In this document: positions 19,563 through 28,148 of the stretch, piece after piece
Numbering within the stretch: the stretch's first letter is position 1
Layout: every line of letters starts with the position of its first letter
Origin: Paracoccaceae bacterium
Lineage (GTDB): Bacteria > Pseudomonadota > Alphaproteobacteria > Rhodobacterales > Rhodobacteraceae
Length of the DNA stretch: 39,573 nt
Reading direction: 5' to 3'
Assembly: GCA_002712045.1 (NCBI GenBank)
Contig: PARX01000056.1
Location: 1-39,573, forward strand
Position numbers and translations under genes: made by a program
Notes under the pieces: model-generated
Database searches by the model: none
Told to the model about the DNA's origin: nothing
The model's input: only the letters and a program-made list of their open reading frames with translations

Positions 19563-21334
19563 AATTTTCTCTTATCAGCATAGACCTCTTTTTTATTTTG
19601 CATCTCTTCAAGTTCTAGACCATCAGCATCGAGACTATACCATTCAAATGCTTTTGCCATAACCCTACTAAAAACTGGTCCAGCTAATGTACCTCCAGAA
19701 TACCCTCTTTTTTTAAGAGGTTCATCAATGACTACTGCCATTACAAATCTTGGATTTGTTACTGGGCCTAAACCAACAAAAGAGCTCATATACTTATCTC
19801 TCAAATAACCTCCATTTACTGGATCTGTTTTCCATGTTGTACCTGTCTTTCCAGCTACACGATAACCATATACTTTTGCTTTTGGTGCTGTTCCATCATG
19901 ATCTGTTACGGATTCAAGCATTGTTAACATAGCTTTTGAAGTCTCAGGTGATAAAACCCTTTTACTTATCTTTAAATCATTACTTTTAATTAGAGATATA
20001 GGCACAAGTTTTCCTTGATTAGCAAAAACTGTATAAGCTTGCGCTGTTTGAATAAGTGTAGAACTTATACCATACCCATAACTTGCCCTAGAATGGTCTA
20101 TTTTTTTCCATTTTGTATGATTTCTTATGGTGCCTCTCACCTCACCAGGGAAATTAATGCCCGTTTTAACTCCATAACCAAATTTTTTCAACATTGTGGC
20201 TAAATTAATTTAGCTAATTTTTTGACTGATCTTTGCCGAACCTATATTCGAAGATACTTTAATTACATCTTTTACAGTTATTTCGCCATAAGCTTTATGA
20301 TCTTCAATCCATTTTCCTTCATATTTATACTTACCATTACCTGTATCTATTAAACTATCCTTTGTAATAATATTTTTTTCTAATGCAACTGCTAAACTTA
20401 TTGGTTTGATGGTAGAACCTGGTTCAAATACGTCAGTTACTGCTCGATTTTTGATAAATTTACCAACTTTATTATAGCCATTGGGGTTAAATGAGGGGTA
20501 ATTTGTCATTGCAAGAATCTCACCAGTTTTTGCATCCAACAAAACAGCTGAGCCTGATAGTGCTTCATGTTTTTCTATAGCTTTTCTAAGAGCATTATAA
20601 GCTTCATTTTGTAATCTCAAATCAATTGTTAGTCGTATATCCTCACCATCTTTTGGTAACTTTATAGCCTGAAATTCTCCTATAACTCTGGGAGTTCTTT
20701 TTCCATCTATAAGATTAATTTTTTTACCTTTTTCACCAGCAAGAGATTTATTCATTATCATTTCTATACCCTCTTGCCCATTTCCATCACTTCCAGTGAA
20801 TCCAACAACATGTGCAACAGGTCCGTTCTCAGGATAAAATCTTTTATATATTTTATTTGTACTAATACCTTTTATTCCAAGTTTCATAATTTTATTTTTG
20901 GTATCAGGAGAAATATTTTTTTTAAGTCGAACCGCTCTTCTCTTTTTATTTTTAAGTTTTTTATCTAAGTCTATTTCTCTCAACTTTAACAAACTAGCTA
21001 ATTTTTTCTTTTGCTTATTAAGAGTAGCTTGGGTATTTGAATCTTTATTTTTAAAATTAATTTTTGCTGCATCGCCTATTATTGAATAGACAGGAGTACT
21101 TTCAGCTAAAAGCGAACCATTTCGATCTAAAATCTTACCCCTATAAGGATATAAATCTAGTTCTCTATGTTGCCTTTGCCTAGATTCTTTTTGAAGTTTA
21201 TTTTTTTCAAATGCTGCAAGTTTAATTGCTTGTGCAAATAAAACTAAAAACATTCCAAGTATTAATATTAAAACTATGCGTCTCCTAGCTTTTGATAACT
21301 CAAAATATTCTTTTCTTGATCTAATTTTATTCAT
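19559..21334 (-). pseudogene. ftsI: peptidoglycan D,D-transpeptidase FtsI (PBP3), interrupted as sequenced by one in-frame TAA (20210-20212)
   Basis: ORFs 20210..21334 and 19559..20194 share a frame. The junction reads ...SSNIGSAKISQKIS-TAA-INLAT-MLKKFGYG..., the same length as E. coli ...SSNVGVSKLALAMPSSALVDTYSRFGLG.... The STIK and SSN motifs lie upstream of the stop and KTGT lies downstream. Confidence 0.85.
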
Positions 21335-21588
21335 TTAATAATCACTTTTTTTTCTTCCTTACTAGGAACACGCATATTCAATTTATGTTTGGCAGATTTT
21401 TCAATTATTTCAATTCTTGATTCAGACGATTCCTCAATTCTTAGCATCGTTTGCTGGTCTTTTAAATCTAAAGTTTTCTTATTTTCTTCATCTAATTCAG
21501 CATAATTATTTCTCGTTTGATGCTTAAAATTAACTGTAGTTAATGCAAAAATAATCAAGACAACAAATAAAATTAAATTTAATTTCAT
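21331..21588 (-). CDS. ftsL: cell division protein FtsL
   Basis: 85 aa with an N-terminal TM helix and a coiled-coil-like region. Sits between rsmH and ftsI, with an ATGA overlap with ftsI. Confidence 0.85.
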   Translation of the reverse strand: MKLNLILFVVLIIFALTTVNFKHQTRNNYAELDEENKKTLDLKDQQTMLRIEESSESRIEIIEKSAKHKLNMRVPSKEEKKVIIK

Positions 21589-21589
21589 T

Positions 21590-22528
21590 TCATTTTGCCT
21601 CCATTACTTTTTCTATTACTCTCAATTTTTCACTTCTAGATCTTGGATTTTGTTTGATTTCTTCTAAATTAGGAATAATCATTTTTTGTACAATCTTAAA
21701 AGGTGCTAATTTTATTTCCGATAACTTGATTGGAATTTTTTTTGAAATAAAATCTGTTTTCATTTGAAGTTTTGTATAATTTTTTACAATTCGATCTTCT
21801 AATGAATGAAAACTTATCACTACTAATCGACCCTTCGGTTTCAAGGATTTAAAAGCTATTGGTAGAGCATTCTCTAACTCTTCAATCTCTTTGTTAACGT
21901 AAATTCTTAAAGCCTGAAATGTTTTTGTTGAAGGATCTTTTTTTGAATTTTTTATTGGGACCGTATTTTTGATTAATTCAGCTAATTCCAATGTCTTTTT
22001 TATTGGGCCCTCATTTTCTCTATACTTAATGATTGCTTTGACAATTTTTTTTGCAAACTTCTCTTCTCCGAAGTTTCTGAGTATATCTACCAAGTCTTTC
22101 TCTTTATATGTATTTAAAACTTCTGCAGCAGTTATTCCTTTACTTTGATCCATTCTCATATCTAAAAATGCATTAGACTTAAAACTAAATCCCCTTTTAG
22201 CTTCGTCGACTTGTGGTGATGAAATTCCTAAGTCCATTAAAATACCATCCAGTTTTTTAATATTTTTTTTTTTTAATATTTTGTCCATTTCTGAAAAAGC
22301 ACAGTGATGAATTTCAAATCTTTTATCTTTTATCTTCTTTCCTTCATTTATTGCATCTAAATCTTTATCTAAAGCTATTAAGCGGCCTTCACTGTCAAGT
22401 AATTTTAATATTTCCTTTGAATGTCCTCCTCTACCAAAAGTGCAGTCAAGATATATTCCATTTGATAAAATAGACAAAGCATCGATCGTCTCTACTAACA
22501 TAACGGGAATATGAGAATTTACTTTCAC
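21590..22528 (-). CDS. rsmH: 16S rRNA (cytosine1402-N4)-methyltransferase
   Basis: 312 aa. HIPVMLVE, DCTFGRGGHS and DLGISSPQ motifs. GTG start overlaps the mraZ TGA (GTGA). Confidence 0.95.
   Translation of the reverse strand: MKVNSHIPVMLVETIDALSILSNGIYLDCTFGRGGHSKEILKLLDSEGRLIALDKDLDAINEGKKIKDKRFEIHHCAFSEMDKILKKKNIKKLDGILMDLGISSPQVDEAKRGFSFKSNAFLDMRMDQSKGITAAEVLNTYKEKDLVDILRNFGEEKFAKKIVKAIIKYRENEGPIKKTLELAELIKNTVPIKNSKKDPSTKTFQALRIYVNKEIEELENALPIAFKSLKPKGRLVVISFHSLEDRIVKNYTKLQMKTDFISKKIPIKLSEIKLAPFKIVQKMIIPNLEEIKQNPRSRSEKLRVIEKVMEAK
22263..22274 (-). repeat. 12-nt homopolymer (T12 on +, A12 in the rsmH mRNA), in frame (..L KKK N..)
   Basis: Read directly from the sequence. It lies inside the intact rsmH ORF. 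Confidence 0.95.
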
Positions 22529-22962
22529 AAAGAAAATCCTCCTAATTCATCAGGCAGCTCTTCTTTATCATTAATTTTAATTTGTTTGATTTGTTTGCTC
22601 CATGCTTCTTTACTCCAAAGCTCAAAATGACTTCCTTGGCCAACAAACATTAAAGTTCTATTAATAGATGCATAGTCTCTTAAAGCAGCAGAAATTAATA
22701 ATCTGCCAGCATTATCAGAAGACACATCTTCTGCATAACCGACTAATAATCTTTGTAATCCACTTGATTTTCTATCAAAACTAGATAATTGCATTACTTT
22801 TTGCTTAATAGGATTCCAAGCGGCGACAGGATATAAAAGAAGACACCCATGAGGGTGTGCAGTCAATACTAGTGGTCCAGTTAATAATTCCTCTCGATAT
22901 TTAGTTGGAATTGCTAACCTATTTTTTCCATCAATATTTAGAAGTGTTGCGCCTTTAAACAT
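22525..22962 (-). CDS. mraZ: transcriptional regulator MraZ
   Basis: 145 aa. Opens MFKGATLLNIDGKNRLAIPTKYR and has a second SpoVT/AbrB-like repeat. First gene of the dcw cluster. Confidence 0.95.
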   Translation of the reverse strand: MFKGATLLNIDGKNRLAIPTKYREELLTGPLVLTAHPHGCLLLYPVAAWNPIKQKVMQLSSFDRKSSGLQRLLVGYAEDVSSDNAGRLLISAALRDYASINRTLMFVGQGSHFELWSKEAWSKQIKQIKINDKEELPDELGGFSL

Positions 22963-22980
22963 ATGTGTACCTAAAAAGAT

Positions 22981-23022
22981 GGGAAATTACTGAACGCCCT
23001 TAGTCTCGTTTAATAATTTCCC
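22981..23022 (-). promoter_or_regulatory. 9-bp inverted repeat GGGAAATTA / TAATTTCCC (24-nt spacer) in the mraZ leader; either a leader hairpin or an inverted extra MraZ-type box
   Basis: + strand 22981-22989 (gggaaatta) is the exact reverse complement of 23014-23022 (taatttccc). The distal arm overlaps the GTGGGAAATT box. The proximal arm ends 18 nt upstream of the mraZ ATG. Confidence 0.4.
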
Positions 23023-23054
23023 ACAAATAACCACTTTTTCCCCTACAATTCCAC
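23020..23054 (-). promoter_or_regulatory. putative MraZ operator: four G-rich boxes phased about 10 bp apart
   Basis: The minus-sense reads taGTGGaattgtaGGGGaaaaaGTGGttatttGTGGGaaatt, with boxes at + 23051-54, 23040-43, 23031-34 and 23020-24. It resembles the phased TGGGN direct repeats bound by E. coli MraZ upstream of mraZ, in an otherwise AT-rich leader. Confidence 0.55.
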
Positions 23055-23081
23055 TATAGGCAAAAAAAAGATCTTTTGCAA
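23053..23081 (-). promoter_or_regulatory. candidate sigma70 promoter of the dcw cluster: TTGCAA - 17 bp - TATAGT
   Basis: The minus-sense reads gtgTTGCAAaagatcttttttttgccTATAGTgg. The -10 overlaps the first G-rich box, about 90 nt upstream of the mraZ ATG. Confidence 0.5.
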
Positions 23082-23282
23082 CACTTTTTATAAAAAATTA
23101 TTATTCTTCAATTAGTTAAAGCATTTTAAATGCCAAAATTAAATATCGTATTTGACTAAATTTCATCTTTTGCCAGATAAAATAATAGTAGAATTAATGT
23201 TTTTTTTAATTAGAAGCTGGAAAAAAATATAGAGATAAATTAGCTTTTATCGAAAAAATATATGGTAAACAATATAATTTTT

Positions 23283-23570
23283 AAGTTGACCGATAAGCCG
23301 GGTTCTGTCTGGGACAGTCATTCATCTAGGCATACAATTACTTATATGCTCAAGCAGCCTACCCGGTAGCAACACGAGCAATGTTAATGCTACCCTATTT
23401 GGCCTTGCTCCGAGTGGAGGTTACCGCGTTTCACCGTAACTTAATACGCTCGTCTCTGTGGCCCTGTTCCTCACCTTACGGCGTATGGCTGTTAGCCATC
23501 ACTCTGCTCTTTGGAGCCCGGACTTTCCTCTACATAGAAAACTATATAGCGACTGTCTGGTCAACTTAAG
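23283..23570 (-). ncRNA. rnpB: RNase P RNA, bacterial type A, compact (about 287 nt)
   Basis: The reverse complement reads aagttgaccagacagtcgc...GAGGAAAGTCCGGGCTCC...CCACTCGGAGCAAGGCCAAATAGGG...CCGGGTAGGCTGCTTGAGC...CCTAGATGAATGACTGTCCCAGACAGAACCCGGCTTATCGGTCAACTT. These match the universally conserved P4/CR-I, CR-IV and CR-V blocks and the P1 pairing of E. coli M1 RNA. It is a GC-rich island in AT-rich DNA. Confidence 0.93.
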
Positions 23571-23590
23571 TATTTATTTTACACTCTTAA

Positions 23591-24625
23591 CTAAATTTCT
23601 GATAATTGCCAGGATAAAGTTTCGTCTGCAAACAGAGGGATTATTTCTTCGTTTCCTACTTGAATTCTAGCTGGTATTCTAAAATCTTTTTTTGTTAGTT
23701 TGATCTTTAAATTATTAGGAGGTAGTTCATAAAAATCAGCTCCATATTTACTGCTAAAATTTTCCAATTTATCTAATGCATTTTCTGTTTCAAAAATTGA
23801 AGCATATAATTCCATTGCGGACAAGGCTGAATAAATACCTGCACATCCACAACTACTTTCTTTTTCATGTCTAAAGTGAGGTGCGCTATCAGTTCCAAGA
23901 AAGAATTTAGGAGATCCCGAAGTAGCCGCTTTTACTATTGCTACTCGATCTTCAGATCTTTTGAGAATTGGTAAACAATAATGATGTGGTTTAATTCCAT
24001 GAGATAGTAAGTCATTTCTATCAAACAGTAGGTGTTGAGGGGTAATAGTTGCAAATACTTTGTCTCCAGAATCAATAACGAATTCTGCTGCTTCTTTCGA
24101 AGAAATATGTTCAACAACAATCCTTAAATTTGGAAATTCTTGATGTATTTGACTTAAATTTCTATCAATAAAAACTTTCTCTCTATCAAAAATATCTACA
24201 TTTTTATCATTAGATTCAGCATGAACTAGCAAAGGTACATCGTATTTTTGCATTAGCTCAAAAATCTTGAAACAATTTTCTATCACATCGACCCCATCTT
24301 TTGAGTTTGTGGTTACACCTGACGGATATAATTTAATACCATGAACTATATTGGAATCACTTACTTTCTTTATTTCATCACTATTTAATTCGTCATTAAA
24401 AAAAAGAGTCATCAATGGTTCAAAATTTAAATCTTCAATATTCTTTTTAATCTCTTGATAATAAATTTCGGCTAGATGAACAGTTTTAATAGGATTTTTT
24501 AAATTTGGCATCACAATTGCTCTAGCAAATTGTTTCTGTGTGTCTTTCACAACATGTTTTAGAACATCTCCTTCACGAAGATGAAGATGCATATCGTCAG
24601 GCTTTATAATAATTAATTCTGTCAT
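23591..24625 (-). CDS. pyrC: dihydroorotase (homodimeric PyrC type)
   Basis: 344 aa. PDDMHLHLREGD opening motif, then IVMPNL, and a C-terminal GTDSAPH motif. Confidence 0.93.
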   Translation of the reverse strand: MTELIIIKPDDMHLHLREGDVLKHVVKDTQKQFARAIVMPNLKNPIKTVHLAEIYYQEIKKNIEDLNFEPLMTLFFNDELNSDEIKKVSDSNIVHGIKLYPSGVTTNSKDGVDVIENCFKIFELMQKYDVPLLVHAESNDKNVDIFDREKVFIDRNLSQIHQEFPNLRIVVEHISSKEAAEFVIDSGDKVFATITPQHLLFDRNDLLSHGIKPHHYCLPILKRSEDRVAIVKAATSGSPKFFLGTDSAPHFRHEKESSCGCAGIYSALSAMELYASIFETENALDKLENFSSKYGADFYELPPNNLKIKLTKKDFRIPARIQVGNEEIIPLFADETLSWQLSEI

Positions 24626-25458
24626 TTTTTTAATTCCAATGCTTGATTATAAACTTCCTTTTTATTTTTTTTAAAAATTTTAGAAATAAGTTTTACTGAT
24701 TGATTTAAAGGTAATTCCTTTATCATAACCTCTAAAGCTTTATCTAAAGATAATGTTTTAAAATTTTCAATCTCTCTTATTTTTCCATCAAAGATGATAA
24801 CAAATTCTCCTTGTTGCTCTTCAGGATGACTTTCCAGTTTCTTTATTATAGATTCAATATTATCTTTATAAATTGTTTCATATATCTTGCTTAACTCTCT
24901 CGCAATAAATAACTTATAAGAAGAACCGAAAATATTTTTTATTAAAGAAAGAGTTTTCATAATTCTATGTGGTGATTCAAAAATAATTGTTGGTAAATCT
25001 TGATTATATATTTCCTCTAAGACTTTCTTACATTTTCCCGATGTATTTGGAAGAAAGCCAAAAAATTTAAATTGAGTTGTCTGGACTCCTGATACAGAAA
25101 AAGCTGAAGTAATTGAAGATGGTCCAGGAATTGGGGAAACTTTGATATCTTTTTCTAAGGCTTGATTTACCAAAAAAGCACCTGGATCACTTACAGCAGG
25201 TGTTCCTGCATCTGATACAAATGCAACTGAATTACCATTTAATAATAAATTAATTAAAAAATCAGTTTTATTTTTTTCATTGTGTTGATGGAGGGATATC
25301 AATTTTTTATTAATTTTGAAATGACTTAACAACCTACTAGTTTTTCTAGTGTCTTCACAAGCAACAATATCAACTTTTTTTAAAACTTCTATAGCTCTAA
25401 AAGTAATATCGTCGAGATTACCAATAGGTGTTGCAACAAGGTATAAGTATGTTTCCAT
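24622..25458 (-). CDS. rsmI: 16S rRNA (cytidine1402-2'-O)-methyltransferase
   Basis: 278 aa. LYLVATPIGNLDDITFRAIEVLKKVDIVACEDTR is the typical RsmI N-terminus. ATGA overlap with pyrC. Confidence 0.93.
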   Translation of the reverse strand: METYLYLVATPIGNLDDITFRAIEVLKKVDIVACEDTRKTSRLLSHFKINKKLISLHQHNEKNKTDFLINLLLNGNSVAFVSDAGTPAVSDPGAFLVNQALEKDIKVSPIPGPSSITSAFSVSGVQTTQFKFFGFLPNTSGKCKKVLEEIYNQDLPTIIFESPHRIMKTLSLIKNIFGSSYKLFIARELSKIYETIYKDNIESIIKKLESHPEEQQGEFVIIFDGKIREIENFKTLSLDKALEVMIKELPLNQSVKLISKIFKKNKKEVYNQALELKK

Positions 25459-25523
25459 AAAAAAATTTAAGATTTAATTAATTTAGTTTCTAAAAAAATT
25501 ATTTAGTTATATAATTATTATTA

Positions 25524-26117
25524 ATGAAATCATACAAGCTTTTCATACTTTTTATTTTATTTATCACTCACTTGATTGGTTGTGCTCCATCAACAATTAC
25601 TGCAATACCACTATCAATTGCAGATAGAAGGTCAACTGAAGCGCAGGTTATTGATAACAAAATATTTTTAGCTGCATGGAACCCAATTCAAGAAATTGCT
25701 GATAATGCTAATCAAAAAATTCATTTTAATTTATTATCATATAATCAGACTATTCTTATTGTGGGACAATCTCCGAGTGAAGATATCAAAAATCAAGTAA
25801 CGGATGTTGTTCAAAAAATTAAAGATGTGAAAGCAGTTCACAATAAAATGACCGTCGGTAAAATTAATACCATAAAACAACGTGCAAAAGATACAGTAAC
25901 AACTACTAATCTTAAAACAAGATTATTTTTAAAAATTAAAAACGAAGTACATCCATTTCATGTCAAAATTGTAACTGAAAATGATATTGTATACTTGCTC
26001 GGGATAGTTAACGACAAAGAGGCTGATGAAGCAATAAGTGTTGCTAAGTCATCAAAAGGTGTTAAATTAGTGGTGCCTTTGTTTGAATTAGATGAAAGTG
26101 TTAAAAATAAATATTGA
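25524..26117 (+). CDS. dolP: dual-BON-domain outer-membrane lipoprotein (DolP/YraP-like)
   Basis: Signal peptide ending in the lipobox LIGC, followed by two BON-like repeats (...ILIVGQSPSEDIKNQV... and ...VYLLGIVNDKEADEAISVAKS...). The divergent position next to rsmI recalls the rsmI-lpoA-yraN-diaA-dolP neighbourhood of gammaproteobacteria. Confidence 0.7.
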   Translation: MKSYKLFILFILFITHLIGCAPSTITAIPLSIADRRSTEAQVIDNKIFLAAWNPIQEIADNANQKIHFNLLSYNQTILIVGQSPSEDIKNQVTDVVQKIKDVKAVHNKMTVGKINTIKQRAKDTVTTTNLKTRLFLKIKNEVHPFHVKIVTENDIVYLLGIVNDKEADEAISVAKSSKGVKLVVPLFELDESVKNKY

Positions 26118-26220
26118 TTATAATTTTTTTATGCTTTATCATTTAATTTCAAGTAATACATCATTAAACCAAACACCATAATTTCATATTAAATAATTGT
26201 AAAACTAAATCAAAATAATT

Positions 26221-26547
26221 ATGAGTAACAATATATCTCATCTAACCGATGAAACATTTGAAGAAGAAGTGCTTCAATCAAACATACCAGTATTAGTAGA
26301 TTATTGGGCAGAGTGGTGTGGGCCTTGTAAAATGATTGCACCTATTCTAGATTCATTAACGGATGAATATGAGGGAAAATTGAAAATATCTAAACTAAAC
26401 ATAGATGATAATCAAAAAACTCCTCAAAAATATGGTGTTCGAGGAATACCAACTCTAATGATTTTTAAAAATGGAAATGTTGAAGCTACAAAAGTTGGTG
26501 CTTTATCAAAATCTCAATTAACAGCTTTTATTGACAGTAATTTATAA
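26221..26547 (+). CDS. trxA: thioredoxin
   Basis: 108 aa with the active site WAEWCGPCK and a [11 protein letters not shown] motif. Confidence 0.97.
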   Translation: MSNNISHLTDETFEEEVLQSNIPVLVDYWAEWCGPCKMIAPILDSLTDEYEGKLKISKLNIDDNQKTPQKYGVRGIPTLMIFKNGNVEATKVGALSKSQLTAFIDSNL

Positions 26548-26551
26548 AAAT

Positions 26552-27808
26552 ATGCATTTATCAGACTTAAAACACTTACCCGTTGCCGAAATTGTAGATT
26601 TAGCAATAGCAGATAAAATAGAAAATACAGGAAGAATGCGCAAACAAGATCTTATTTTTGCCATTCTAAAAAATAAAGCTAAAAATGGTGAAACTCTAGC
26701 TGGTGACGGAACATTAGAAGTTCTTCAAGATGGATTTGGCTTTTTAAGATCTCCTGAAGCATCGTATTTAGCTGGCCCAGATGATATCTATGTATCACCT
26801 TCACAAATTAGACGTTTTAATCTTCATACTGGAGACACTATTGAAGGTGAGATTAGGACTCCAAAAGATAGTGAACGTTACTTTGCTTTAGTTAAAGTCG
26901 ATAAAGTTAATAACGATGCCCCAGAAAATACAAAAAATAAAATTTTATTTGAAAATCTAACGCCTTTATTCCCAACTGAGCCACTTACTCTTGAGAGAGA
27001 GACAGGAGGAGAAGAAAATAATACTAGCCGTGTCATTGATATGATAGCTCCTATTGGTAAAGGTCAACGTGGTCTTATTGTTGCTAGTCCCAAAAGTGGT
27101 AAAACTGTGATGTTACAAAATATCGCCCACGCAATAACTTCTAATCACCCAGATGTTTCGTTAATAGTTTTATTAATTGATGAAAGACCTGAAGAAGTTA
27201 CTGAAATGACGCGTTCTGTTAAAGGTGAAGTTGTGGCATCAACTTTTGATGAACCTGCAACAAGACATGTTCAGGTTGCTGATATGGTTCTTGAAAAAGC
27301 AAAAAGATTAATTGAACATAAGAAGGACGTAGTCATTCTTCTCGATTCTATAACAAGATTAGCACGAGCTTATAATACTGTAATACCGTCATCTGGAAAA
27401 GTTCTTACTGGTGGAGTTGATGCTAATGCTCTTCAAAAACCTAAACGTTTTTTTGGAGCAGCAAGGAATATAGAAGAAGGTGGTTCTTTAACAATATTAG
27501 CAACAGCTTTAGTCGAAACTGGATCAAGAATGGATGACGTAATTTATGAAGAATTTAAAGGCACTGGTAATATGGAAATACATCTAGATCGTAAAATGGC
27601 TGAAAAAAGAACATATCCAGCTATTAATATTAACAAGTCAGGTACTCGACGTGAAGAATTATTAATACCACAAGATATTCTTCAAAAAATTTGGGTCTTA
27701 CGAAAATTACTCTATCCAATGGAGGATTTAGAAGCAATGGAGTTTTTATTAGATAAAGTAAAATCAACAAAAAATAATGATGACTTCTTTAATAGTATGA
27801 GAAAGTAA
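26552..27808 (+). CDS. rho: transcription termination factor Rho
   Basis: [15 protein letters not shown]... is colinear with E. coli Rho throughout ([45 protein letters not shown]). The start is taken as the ATG at 26552, 4 nt after the trxA stop; the ORF-track TTG at 26531 overlaps trxA. Confidence 0.96.
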   Translation: MHLSDLKHLPVAEIVDLAIADKIENTGRMRKQDLIFAILKNKAKNGETLAGDGTLEVLQDGFGFLRSPEASYLAGPDDIYVSPSQIRRFNLHTGDTIEGEIRTPKDSERYFALVKVDKVNNDAPENTKNKILFENLTPLFPTEPLTLERETGGEENNTSRVIDMIAPIGKGQRGLIVASPKSGKTVMLQNIAHAITSNHPDVSLIVLLIDERPEEVTEMTRSVKGEVVASTFDEPATRHVQVADMVLEKAKRLIEHKKDVVILLDSITRLARAYNTVIPSSGKVLTGGVDANALQKPKRFFGAARNIEEGGSLTILATALVETGSRMDDVIYEEFKGTGNMEIHLDRKMAEKRTYPAININKSGTRREELLIPQDILQKIWVLRKLLYPMEDLEAMEFLLDKVKSTKNNDDFFNSMRK

Positions 27809-27822
27809 AATAAAATAAATAA

Positions 27823-27844
27823 TTGATTTTTTTATAAAAATCAA
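27823..27844 (+). terminator. AT-rich hairpin after rho (TTGATTTTT-ttat-AAAAATCAA); weak terminator candidate
   Basis: A 9-bp perfect stem with a 4-nt loop, 15 nt after the rho stop. It has no downstream T-run and the stem is all A/T except one G:C pair. Confidence 0.3.
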
Positions 27845-27882
27845 TGATAATTCAATACTTCAAATTTATAACAGCATAAAAA

Positions 27883-28083
27883 ATGAAAAAAGATATACAT
27901 CCTGATTATCCAGAAGTTAATGTAGTCTGTAGTTGTGGAAATAAATTCACAACACGATCAACTATTGGTAAAGATATGACAATCGAAGTTTGTTCTAAAT
28001 GTCATCCTTTTTATACTGGAAAACAAAAAATTCTTGATACAGCTGGTAGAGTAGAAAAATTCAAACAAAAATATGGGATGTAA
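27883..28083 (+). CDS. rpmE: 50S ribosomal protein L31 (Zn-binding type)
   Basis: 66 aa. [17 protein letters not shown]...[12 protein letters not shown], with all four Cys present. Confidence 0.96.
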   Translation: MKKDIHPDYPEVNVVCSCGNKFTTRSTIGKDMTIEVCSKCHPFYTGKQKILDTAGRVEKFKQKYGM

Positions 28084-28103
28084 CATTACCAACATTAATT
28101 TCT

Positions 28104-28131
28104 AAAAAAAGCAGCCTAGCTGCTTTTTTTT
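28104..28131 (+). terminator. Rho-independent terminator (potentially bidirectional): A7-GCAGC-cta-GCTGC-T8
   Basis: aaaaaaaGCAGCctaGCTGCtttttttt lies 21 nt after the rpmE stop. The GC stem is flanked by complementary A and T runs. Confidence 0.75.
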
Positions 28132-28148
28132 GTTTATGATGTCTTAAT

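Noticed and set aside
20199-20214. The 16-bp palindrome GCTAAATTAATTTAGC as a dedicated regulatory or recoding element
   Set aside because: In DNA this AT-rich, about one or two perfect 16-bp palindromes are expected by chance in 40 kb. It is noted in the ftsI finding only because it contains the stop codon.
23381-23670. ORFs 23381..23569 (+) and 23458..23670 (+)
   Set aside because: They lie within or antisense to the RNase P RNA gene and the pyrC 3' end. The open frames are a by-product of the GC-rich RNA gene.
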